DNA of 56,666 nucleotides from Reclinomonas americana ATCC 50394 (Eukaryota): NCBI GenBank assembly GCA_048213135.1, contig PS015145.1, positions 31,791 to 88,456 of the forward strand, read 5' to 3'. Shown piece by piece: positions 46,192 to 56,666 of this stretch (position 1 is its first letter; each line of letters starts with the position of its first letter). The notes under the pieces were generated by a model. It saw only the letters and a program-made list of their open reading frames with translations, ran no database searches and was not told where the DNA came from. The position numbers and the translations under genes were made by a program.

Positions 46192-48729
46192 CTAGCTTCG
46201 GCCTTTTCCGGATTGTTTGTGCCGTGTACGATCGCAGAAAACGATATGCGTCCGTGCAAGTGCTTCTATCCACTTTCCAGCCACGCCTATGCGGTAAAGA
46301 TCGCAGTTCTCGACTTGTTCGAAGCGTACACAACAAATCCTGCTGCGTGGGTCTGTCGTCCTCAAGGTTGACCTCTTTCCGCCCTGTTCGCCTGTGGTCT
46401 CTGCTCTTGACTCCCTGCCAATGATTTCCCCGTGACCAATGTCCGTCCAGTGCACTCGGTGTTCCAACCAACATCGCTGCTCTCTACTTGCTCGCCACCT
46501 GCTCGGCTGCTGGTGACGGACTGCGTTTTCGGAAGCCATAAGCGATGCGGTTCCCGGTCGGGTCGCCTCTCTCCGTCATGTCGTGCACCATCTCTGCTCA
46601 GGCTTGTCATCAGTAAGCACAGCACTTTCGGCGTGTGGCGTTGACGCAACGTGCAAGCTTGGCGCTTCCGCCCCCGATCAACACCTGACGCGTGTCCTTG
46701 TACTTCTCCAGCAGCCTCTCGTTGCCACAGAGGAAGTGCTGCATGGCCCGAGAATGCAGCTGCACGCCACCATTGACTTGCTTGAAGACTCGCCCAGCGA
46801 TACTGTGCGTCAGTGCCTCCAACACAGCCAAAACTCGGCCTTTCTTACACTCGTCGAGCTTCCACAGCCACTGCTCGAGCCGATCCTTCACTGCATCCAC
46901 TGGTAGAGATCCTGCAGAACCGTTCTCGTCCTTTCTGCACTCGTCACACAGTGCCTTTGCGAGAAGCCAGCCATACGGCGACAGCAACATGGAATCCCGC
47001 GGCATGTCGCTGTCCTTGATCTCCTGCTCCAGCACGTCGCGAACAACTCGTGAGATACGCTCAATCTCATCTCCTGCGCAGCACACCATCGTGAGTTCTC
47101 CATCAATCGACTTCAACAGCGCAGCACGCACACGCACCACCCTCGTTCTCGCGCTTATTGAACGTGTGAGCGATCCGCCTCACCAGCCCCATGTCATCGC
47201 ATGCCACATCCAACACAAACTGTTGAGCCTTGGGTGGCATCGTCGGGCTAATGAACTCCAGAACATCCTTACAGTCTTCTTCAGTCAATTCTGGCCACTC
47301 CACCTCCTGGAAACGAGCACTTTCTCCCCTTTCGCAAACGTACTTGTCTGTCGAGGTCATGTCAGCATGACAACAACCCAACACAACAGAGGTCAACGCA
47401 ACTCAGCAACGACAGCGTCCGGCCTCCGCTCAACACCAACACAACCTGAACCGAGTTGCTGACGATCTTCAGGAAGTTGACAAACAGCGACATTGCCTGC
47501 ATCCACTCCCCACATCAGTGAGCGGTTCCAACAAGACCAGTGGAACACGTCGTACTCGCCTCGCCATGGATACTATCGACGCCATCGATAACGAACACCG
47601 GACGGACTTGTTCACCAACGTGCCTCTTGTATTCCAGAGCAGCATCTACGATGACCTTGGCAGCATCGCTCACGCTGACAATCTCTGATGTAGCAACAAT
47701 TCATCAACCCACTGCCTGTAACTCAGCAAGCAGGCTCACGCGCGTACGTACTCTCGTATCGATCCGTGCCCGCCAGAAAAGGCCAGACCAACCACCGAGC
47801 CATGGATTTGCTCGTGGCATCTGTACAAAGCAACGGAACGTGAGGCACTGACAAACTGCGGAGGCTGCAGATGATAGCGTACCAGTTGAGCGCTTAAAAA
47901 CATTGCCAGGGCCGATGTAAACGATGCCGCCTTTCCGCAGTTGACCTCGCACCACGTTGTCCTCCGTTGTGATTCGCCAGCCTGGCACCGGCGCCGACTG
48001 CGCCAGCTCTCGCTTCGGCAATTTGCCGTCGTTCAGCTGGTGCGCGTAGTGGCGGAGCATGGTCGACTTGCCGCAGTCGTGTTCGCCAACCACAACGTAG
48101 ATCCAATCCTTCCTCTCCTTGCCGATGCGGTGGGCGTTGAGCACTTCACCAACGACGACATTGAAGAGCCGCTTGTCTCGCAACTCGATGAGGCGCTCGA
48201 GCTCAAAGTTCTACGACATTGCTCAATTAGCCGGAAGGCAAACTTGGAAGCGACGACCTCACGCACGCACATCGGGTGGTGGATAAATCTTGCCATCGAT
48301 GAACACGCGCAGCGGGGCCACATCATCTTTTCGCTCCTTGATCCAATACATCGATGCTCCAGTGGATGCAGCGCACAAGACTGCAACGACTACAGCAAGC
48401 AGACAAGCCGGATGTCAGAGATTGAAAAGATCACTTGTCTCCGCTTATGTAAATCACCTGGCCAGACACCTTTCCATCCACTGCCACCACCTTTGTCTGA
48501 GAGACGAATCAGTGCGAGAGAACCACAGAAGGCGTCTCTCTCTCTCTCGCTCACATACGTACCGCATCTCGCACTCGCTGGCGCCACAGCGTTCCCATGA
48601 ACAGCACGCACAGTCGGAGGGAAAACCGACCCTGTTGTGACAAATGAGATGGCAGCTACGCAGCACACTTGCACCGGCAAACCGCACGCAACTGAGGCGC
48701 AATGTCAGTGCTTGATAGCGAGTGAGCAT
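46192..48729 (-). CDS. Uncharacterised P-loop NTPase with an N-terminal TM helix (possibly organellar)
   Basis: Spliced model: MLTRYQALTLRLS..., hydrophobic GVWPVVAVLCAASTGASMYW, Walker A YVVVGEHDCGKST (~48060-48097), Walker B PVFVIDGVD (~47576-47602). Both termini are approximate. Confidence 0.6.
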
Positions 48730-48862
48730 GATGCGAGCGCACCAACACCACTGTTAATCGCAACGAGCAGGACACCGCGGTTCCTCATCTGTGTGCCTGT
48801 CCCTCCACTTGCTCGCCGAGAGCTCACCGCACCCACCCCCCTCCCCGCAATTGCGACTGTCG

Positions 48863-51800
48863 TCATCTCTCCGCCTCCACCGTCACCGAAAACGGCACTT
48901 CCTCCCCTGCTCGGAAACGGAGTGGAATCTCCACGAACCGCTTGCCACTGGCGGCGGTGACTGACAACGCCGAGGACCGCACACGGACCATAACCGCTCT
49001 CACTGTCGGCGTGTCCACAGCCACATGCACCGTCAGCGTGCCGTCCACCACCGCTCGATAGACGCCGTCGACACTGCCGTGTGCGCCAGTGACCTCCAGC
49101 GACAAGAGCGGCGTGTCGAAACGAGCGCCGACCTCCACCACTTGTGTGACATCCACACGAAAGCCGTCACCCTCCGGCGCCGGTTCCACGCCGAACGAAC
49201 GCTGCAGTGCCAGCAGAAACATGGCGTCGGGGTTCATGTTGGCCACGGGGAAATCCGTCATTGGCGTCACCGGGCTGGCCCACGTGCCGCCCGGATAGCA
49301 CTTGGGCGCTGGAGTGCACGAGCTTATCGAACCGTCGGGCCCGCCCAGCACGCTGACCCACACAGTGGGGAACGCGGTGGCGTGCGTCGCATACAGGTGC
49401 TTGACGAGAGTGGGGTAGAACAGCGCCGGACGCAGAGCAGACAGGCTCCACGTCAGCAACTGGCTGATGGCCGGCCACACCTGCCCGCCGGGACTGTGCG
49501 CACGAAAAGGTGAGGAAGTGAGTGTGAATGCACCGTGACTGCAAGAACATGAGAACGCACGCTAATCTCGGTCCAATCGGAGAGTCCGCGTCGAGTTGTT
49601 GCACAACAATGTCGACCAACTGCTGCGCCTGCGCCTCGGTGAGCAACGAGAACTCCTCATCCTGGCTCATGGCCAACAACAGCGGCCACACTTGACTCTC
49701 GAGCGACACGAATGACTTGCTGTCATTGCGATCGTCAATGCCGTACAGGTAGGCACGGTCAAGGGCATTGTAGAGCCACGCCCGGCCGAACCAGCGGCCA
49801 CCAAACGTGGCGCGTACGGGATCGAGGAGGGTGCGACAAAAGTCCACCATCGACGAGGCCAATTGTTGCGCATCTGCGCGAGGAGAGCGACGAAGAATGG
49901 CGGCCATGCGCGGCAACACCCACAATGCCATTTGCGTATTCGGCATGGACTCGCCGTGCTCTTCGGTGAAGGCCACAGCCAGCGGATCGGGGTCGGTCAG
50001 CGAGATCGCATCGTTCCAATCACCGCTGCGCACTCGCAAACAGCCGTGAGGTCCTCGCCCCACCACCTCCGTGAGGTGCGCAAACGCCGCCTTGACGTGA
50101 CTGAGCACGGTGTAGTCGGTGGCGCCGGGCGGTAACTCTGTGGAGTTGGCCGGATGGAACGGAACCTCGGTGGTATACAAGAATGCCGAGTCGCCCGTCA
50201 TGCTGATCCACTGCGACACTGGCGATGAGTGCGACAATCATACAAAGGAGGAGAACTGCTTCTTGGCACCTCAGTCAACGCCCACAACACGTAAATGTCG
50301 AGGTCGGACGGCGTCGCGTGCAAACCGAGAGCATCCGATGTCACGCCGTGGCCGTGATACGAGTAGGCAACTGTGCATCGCGAAGTGAGCGCTTGAGATT
50401 TCACACGCACACACGCAAGCAATGACGGCACCACAGACCTTGGCCGGTGCGCGCATCTCGCACACTCATGATGAGCTGGAGGCTCTCGCGCGCCAACTGC
50501 GGCATCATGGTGATGGTTGGCAAGATAAACAAGGCCACATCGCGTGGCACACCGTCGACTCCGTGCAAGTACAGATATGCGCTGCCCTGGGTGATGGAAT
50601 GCAGCTGCGAATAGTCGTGAAAGACGGACGCGGCGAGCAGCGAGTGTGAGCGCCACAATGCCTCGGCTTGTATGCGCTCGCTCTCCTGTTTGACGAGCCA
50701 CATTGGGTGGTGCAAGAGGTTGCGGAAGACAGAGAAGGAGCGACGAAACTTGCGGCGTGAGCGACAGGGTGGAGGGTAGCGAGACGTGCAGAAGTACCGA
50801 CTTCCACTCAGCAAGGCAGTCGGGCAGGGAGTAGGAGCGATAGCGATTCGCCAGCGTGTCGATTGCTCCCATCGTGTACCCTTCAGGCAAATACCCAAAC
50901 AGGAAGCGCAAGACGACGCGTTGTCCGGGGGCTAGCGTGACACGATGCCGCACGGCAAGCATGGCCGGCTGACCCATCGCTGGCGTGTCAGCAGGGAGCA
51001 GGCGCGACGGGCGGCGGTCGCGCACAGCCACGGGACTGGCGGGTGTGGAGCCGCGATCGAAAAAGTAGCGCTGGTCACCAAACACCGCATCGACGGGCAC
51101 CTGCTCCGATAGCAGCGTGAGGAAGATGTCGGGTGGATAGTAATCCTCGCCGCTGATCTCCTCGCGACCTGGTGGCGGCGGCGACAGACCAGGACGCGGC
51201 CGCATGGAGGCCACGAGCGTGGCGTTGTTGTTGCTGGCCTCCACCGACTGAACGAAGCGATCGTTGAAGCGATCACGCAGTACGTTGCCGGGCTCGGCAG
51301 CCTCGCCCGTTCGTATCCACTGCGGGGGTGGTGAGAAGCACGGTGGTGGAGTGGGTGGGGAGGAGTGGCGGCGCGCAACTTCAGCCTGCAACTGGTGTCG
51401 ATTGACATCAAAGTACTCGTAGTGGTCAAACGACAACTCGCGCTGCCCGTCCGTGTTGACCAGCTCGACCTCGTCGACAAGCACCGGGTCATCGCCGTAG
51501 ACCGGATACAGCGTGTGCGACACTGTAAGCGGCACTTCGCCGCTAAAGGCTGTGCTGGTGCGGAAGTAGCCCAGGCCAAAGCGCCTCGAGGTGGTCGCAT
51601 TGAGCGGCGCATATCTGTAGCGCCGATGAGATCAAGTGGTCAACGAAGGAAGAAGTTGGTACGCGGTGAGAGAGACGCAACATGTGCGCCGAGCACAGCA
51701 CGCGGTCGTTCACATGCAAGTAACTGAATCCACCGGCGAGGTTGAACTGTGCCTCGTCGAAGCGATTGGCCCACGTGGGTCCGCGCTCGCCGAACAACAC

Positions 51801-52239
51801 TTGCACATAGCCCTTGTCCACAGCCATCATGTTCAGACGCTGATTGCCCAGCATGTGGAAGTGATCTGTGTGAAGGAGATGGGGGTTTATCAGGAAAGAG
51901 AAAAGAGGGAGCAAGGGAGAAAGAGAGAGCGAGGGGCACCATTGCGCTTGAGAAACTCGGGGAAAATGTCTTGTGAGTTTGGCCAGAATGCACGCGGGTC
52001 GACGAGTTCATCCAGAGTCCACTCAAAGGCGGGAAGATCGCCCTCTGACAGTGTGTGCATGCGAAGAGTGTGTGTGAGATGACAGAGAGGCACACACACA
52101 AGTGAGACAAGAGACCATCGGTGATCCATGCGCCAAAGATGCTGTTGTTGTCTCCGTGTGCGTGACATGATGATGATAATGATGCGGAGAGAACGAGGAG
52201 TGAAAGCAGAGCAACGATAATGGCAAGCTGTCGCTGCAT
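48863..52239 (-). CDS. GH94-like glycoside phosphorylase/hydrolase with an N-terminal signal peptide
   Basis: MQRQLAIIVALLSLLVLSASLS signal-like N-terminus, DHFHMLGNQR, ITQGSAYLYLHGVDGVPRD, SDLDIYVLW, GPHGCLRVRSGDWND (50010-50024), WFGRAW, LESQVW and VWPAISQ. Confidence 0.7.
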
Positions 52240-52286
52240 TCACTCGGCAATCACAATTACAGTTGTCGGGTTTGTCCGGGCGTGTG

Positions 52287-55200
52287 TCACCGCTCGTCGT
52301 CGATGCGACGGATCTTGTGCTGGTGTCGCATGCGGTATGGATCATTGGCAGAGGATCCTGACGCGGAGTGGCGTGAAGGGCCGAATTCGTCAATGGCGTC
52401 TTCGTCGGCACGACGCTTGCGATCTGCATGTCGAGTGAAGTCAGGCATCTGTCGATGCAAGCACGATGAAAAGGCGACGCGACTGTCACGTCCGCTGGAG
52501 GAGCGTGAGGAGGTGGGCGATCGACTCCGAGAACGCGAGTGCTGCGACGATGAACAATAAGTGAAGGGGAGGGAGGGAGGGAGAGGGCGGAGAGAGAAAG
52601 AGACTCACCGATCCGCGTGTGTATGCCGACCCAGACGAGGCGGCAGGAGCGTTTGCCGATGGTGGTGGTGGGTGCGGTGGGTGAACAGCGGCAGCGCTGC
52701 TCGGGGCGGCGGCTGTGGGGAATTGTGGCTGAATGTTGAGGCTGCGCAGCGTGGCCACCAGCATGCCCACGTTGGCCGTCGGTCCGCCGTACATGCCCGA
52801 CGGAGGCAGAGCGCGCAGCAGGCGGGCCACCGCGTCAGGCAGCGGCAGTGGTTGTCGCCCCGGAGGTCCGGCAGCGGCCTGCAGAAGCAATGAGCAACGG
52901 AGGAAGAGAACAAGATGTAAAGAAGAATGTCGTGTACGCAACTGGCTGGCGCACTGAGGCTCCAACTGTGGAGGGTGGTGCACCAGCAGGTGCTATGGCC
53001 GGTCGACCGAGCTCTCCCGGTCGTGCGAGGGTGAGTCTGTCCGAGTGCATGAAGCGAAGAGGGTAAGCAGATCAAGGACAAGGAAAAGCAAGGATCACAG
53101 CAAAAGCGAGAGAGAGAGAGAGAGAGAGCCAAGAATACGCACGCACACGCACACACAGGAATGGCACCTGAGGAGACAACACTCAACAGAACCAGAGTCT
53201 CTTTCCCCACACAATCCCTCTGTCTCAACTTGGCGGCTGTTCGACTGTCCACAAAGGTCAAAAGCGAGAAATCCGGCTTTATCACTGAGCGCAAGGGCGG
53301 TCGAATGATGGCCGCCTCCTCTTGTCGCAACACTGTCCGCACAACCGTGAGTTTGCGAGAATACAGAATTGCACACGCCCGATCGCACACACACACACCT
53401 TCCTCGGGGCGGCGAGAGCGCCACGAGTCCGCCAGGTCTGGAAATGCGCAAGTCGAAAGTCAGAAGTCACCAACACACGCACTGGCAGCGTCCGCGAACA
53501 CACACTCACCCATGACGCGCAGCTGTGCAGCGCTGGTCGGCCACAACTCGTGATATCGGAAACGATGAATCACGCTGCGAATGCCGCTTGGAGCTGCAGC
53601 GCGGTGAGACAATCACACAAGCTGCGCAGACCAGCGACCAAACAAACACACACCAAGTTGTGGGAAATCACGAGCTCGACGCGCCTCCAACCGCGCCACC
53701 GCCGTCGGATCGTTGCTACACATGCGTTCCAGATCAATGTATCGATTCCACAGCGGCAGCGAGTGCTCTCGTGGCATGGTCTTCAACACGCTCTCAAACA
53801 AGGCACGGGCATCTGCAAAACAAAAAATGAGATGCGTACAGAGACAAGAGAGAGTGCGAGAAACAAAAGTGCTCGAAACTCTGATCGTTGGCTGTGCGGA
53901 TGAGAAAATCGGCATATTGCAGCACATACTCCGGATCGGCGCCGTGCGTCTTCATGCCGGCCTCGAACACGTTGGTGGCTGCTTGCACGTCCTTGTTGAT
54001 GTTGACCTCCATCAACGCTGTGCAGAATCGGAGAATGAGGGGCCACCAGAAGATGATGACAACAAGGAGTGGAGACGCACCAGCGGCGACATACACATCG
54101 GGTGACTTGCACACTTTCCTTGCCTGCACGAACACCTTGCGCGATGCGGTAACTCCCTGCATGACAGTCGCAGGAACATGTGAGACGGCGTGCATAATGG
54201 CAATGAAGGCGGCGGTCTCACCTCTGTCCGCAGCGTGAAACGCTGAAAATGAATGTACATGAGCGGATCGGGGGCGTCTTCGGCCTTGACAAAGTACCGG
54301 GTGAACACGTTTTTCGCTTTCTGCGCGACACGACATCAGCGCACGTGACAATTGCACTTGTAGCAAGTCCGCCACACCTCATTGGCACGCTCGGTCTCGA
54401 AGAATTCCACAGCGGCCAGGTGCAGGAGCACGTTGGTTGGGTGTGCCACAAGCGCTCGCTCAAAGATCTGTTCGGCTTCGTCACGCGACGACTGTCGCAT
54501 GGCGGCGGCGTACCTGGCAGGAGGGGGACAGGAGGGGGGAGGGAGAGGGGGGAGGGGGAGAAGGAGAAGGGGAGGAAGGGAGGGAGAAGAAGGGAGGGAG
54601 GGTGCAATGCATGTTGAGAAACGCGAGATCACAAAGTGCAGGACTGTGTGCAGTGAATTGAAGTGTGAGAGAGAATGCGAGTACGAGGAGACAGGTGTGC
54701 AAAGAATATGGATGAGAGAGAAACAAGGTGTAAATGTGGTCGAAGACAGATAACAGGGCAGTGTGTTGGTGTGGGATTCGAGAGGTGAGCGTGCACGGGA
54801 GCAGAGACCAGCGTGCTGCGAATGAGAGGCAGCAAGATGCTAGAGAGTATTGTGGAGACGATGTACGCAGTACGCAAGAGCCGTGTGTTTCAAGCGCAAT
54901 GAGAAACAGAATTGAGTGCGTAGTGCGTGGAAGCAAAAGAGCTGGGTGCTGGACACGGTACGAGCGAGGCGTGCAGTGTACCAGAGACAGCGAAATGTCA
55001 GCAAAAAATCGAGAAAGTAAGCAGAGTTGAGCGCGCAGTGTGTGGAAGCAAACGAGCTGTGTGCTGGACAGGTACGACCGAGACAGCGAGTAAGTCAGCA
55101 GAAGGTTCGAGAAAGTAAGCAGAGTTGGGTGTGAAATGTGAATCAGGCTCGAGAATAGAAAACAAGTGCAATATGTTGGCGTGGGTTCACGAAGTGGGCA

Positions 55201-56666
55201 GAGAGAGATCTGAGAGCATCACTGAGACAATGCACACAGAATGCAAGACAGAGTTCGAACCGCCTTGGAGAGGCGAAAAGAACAATAGAGTTTTGTGCGC
55301 AGTGCGTGGAAGCAAACGAGCTGTGCTGGACAGCGAGAAATCAGCGGATTGAGGAAGTAAGCAGAGTGGAATCAACAAAGTGTGAGGCTCAAGAAGTGCA
55401 GCATGTAGGTGGGATTCGAGAAGTGGGCAGCGAGAGAAGTGCAGCACAAAGAAGTGGTTTAGACGATGTGTGAAAAACTGTGATACGCACCAGATATCCG
55501 GGTAGTGGTACAGGCTGGCCAACGCTTGGTTGTACGCAAAGTTGACGCGAATCTTGTGCTCTTCGGGTTTGAGGTTTTGCGGGTTGGACTCCTCCAGTGT
55601 CAGCCACGATTTCCACAAAAAGTACTGTGCGGAGACGTCAGAAACACTTCATCATTATCTCTCTCTCCCTTGGTATCTCACTCCCTCCGATGTGTACCTG
55701 AATGCAGTCTTTGCGTGAACCCGTCGGTGGCCTCGGCAGCAACTGCGTGAGCATGTGCGCACGCAATGCCCGCTTGTCCTTTAGCGCCTGCAGCGCAGCA
55801 TTGTAGATGGGCCGCCATTGTGCCAGCATTGGTGTCGCCTGTCGACCACATAGCAGCGTCAGCATGCGAGTGTCGCCAGACTACAACCACACACGCACGG
55901 ACGCACCAAGTCTGGCGACTTGGACGTCTCGAAATCCTCGTACTGTCGCCACAAGACCTCCAAGCCGTTGACAGGCACCTGAATCACACTCTGAAACACC
56001 TTACGCACACTCGAGGTCTTGGCGCTCTCCGACGTGATGTCCACCGGCTGTGCGGCGAGGTCGGGGTTGAGTTATTTTGTCACAACCTCTCTCTTTTTGC
56101 CACACACATGGCGCACCCGTTCTTCGTCCAGGAACTGCAAGTAGTCACGCCACAGCGGCATCGACATCATGTCCAAGCCGACCTGAAACACGGCGTACTC
56201 GTACGCCGCAGCCACACTCTGCACACACGTACGCATCAGCTGTACGCCTCCTCACTCCCCGTCTGCCAGCGCACGACGCAACACTTCGGTCGTGGCCGCG
56301 CATCTGCCGAATGAACGACACATACAGCGTCCACAGCTCGACATGCAACGTCTGCGGCAAGCAGCGCTGGAACAGCTGCTCTGCACGATCCATGAACCCC
56401 AGGCGCATCTCCATCTCAATGTATCGCGCCCAGAAGCGACCCTGCAGCTGCTGTTGGGCACAGAGCCAATCGCGAGGCAAGGGGAGAAGAGCACACTGAC
56501 CGCCAGAGGGAAGGTGGCCAAGAACTTGTCGTAAATGGCCCGAGCATCGTCGATCGGCAACCCCGGCGACGATTGGCCCATGATGACCGCCAGGTTCTCC
56601 ATCAGAATCTGCGCAACACGATGAGACTCGCTGGGCGTGCAGGCGGGAGAGAGAGGATGAGAGGAT
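52287..56666 (-). CDS. CSTF3: Cleavage stimulation factor 77 kDa subunit (HAT repeats; Rna14/Suf), 5' partial
   Basis: ARAIYDKFLATFP, FWARYIEME..AEQLFQRCL..VELWTLYVSFIR, VRKVFQSVIQVPVNGLEVLWRQYEDFE, WLTLEESNP, YNQALASLYHYPDIW and VFEAGMK; C-terminus DPYRMRHQHKIRR. Confidence 0.93.
54900..55370. repeat. Degenerate intronic tandem repeat in the CstF-77 intron
   Basis: gtg(c/t)gtggaagcaaa(a/c)gagctg...tgctggaca...aagtaagcagag recurs at about 54923, 55038 and 55302. Confidence 0.8.

Noticed and set aside
1-56666. Transposons, viral insertions, tRNA or rRNA genes
   Set aside because: No transposase, RT, integrase or capsid motifs, terminal repeats or recognisable structured RNA genes were seen by eye; small ncRNAs cannot be excluded without a covariance-model search.

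Overview
Eukaryotic, intron-rich, gene-dense genomic scaffold (standard code, mostly 60-80 bp GT-AG introns, CA/CT/CTCA microsatellites, several N gaps). It probably comes from a flagellated protist, since it encodes LRRC6/DNAAF11. About 13 spliced genes are recognisable: a DDX60-like Ski2 helicase (5' partial), a degenerate NB-ARC/TPR protein, DPH6, LRRC6, a coiled-coil protein, a DHHC palmitoyltransferase, two tandem NLR-like genes, a doubled ABM-membrane protein, a diaphanous-type formin, an uncharacterised P-loop ATPase, a signal-peptide-bearing GH94-like enzyme and CstF-77 (5' partial). The most interesting element is the tandem pair at 24812-34457. Each copy has a DZIP3-type HEPN domain with an intact RNELMH (Rx4H) motif, an NB-ARC-type NTPase, an intron-free array of 42-aa TPRs with variable positions, and a C-terminal CaaL prenylation box. 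This suggests a membrane-anchored NLR-like receptor with a putative RNase effector. Copy 1 has a premature TAG and copy 2 lacks the helical/winged-helix part of the NTPase. Two small gap-flanked contigs (2654-3003, 18356-18743) are inverted relative to their host genes; flipping them restores continuous gene models. All family calls come from manual motif recognition; no searches were run.
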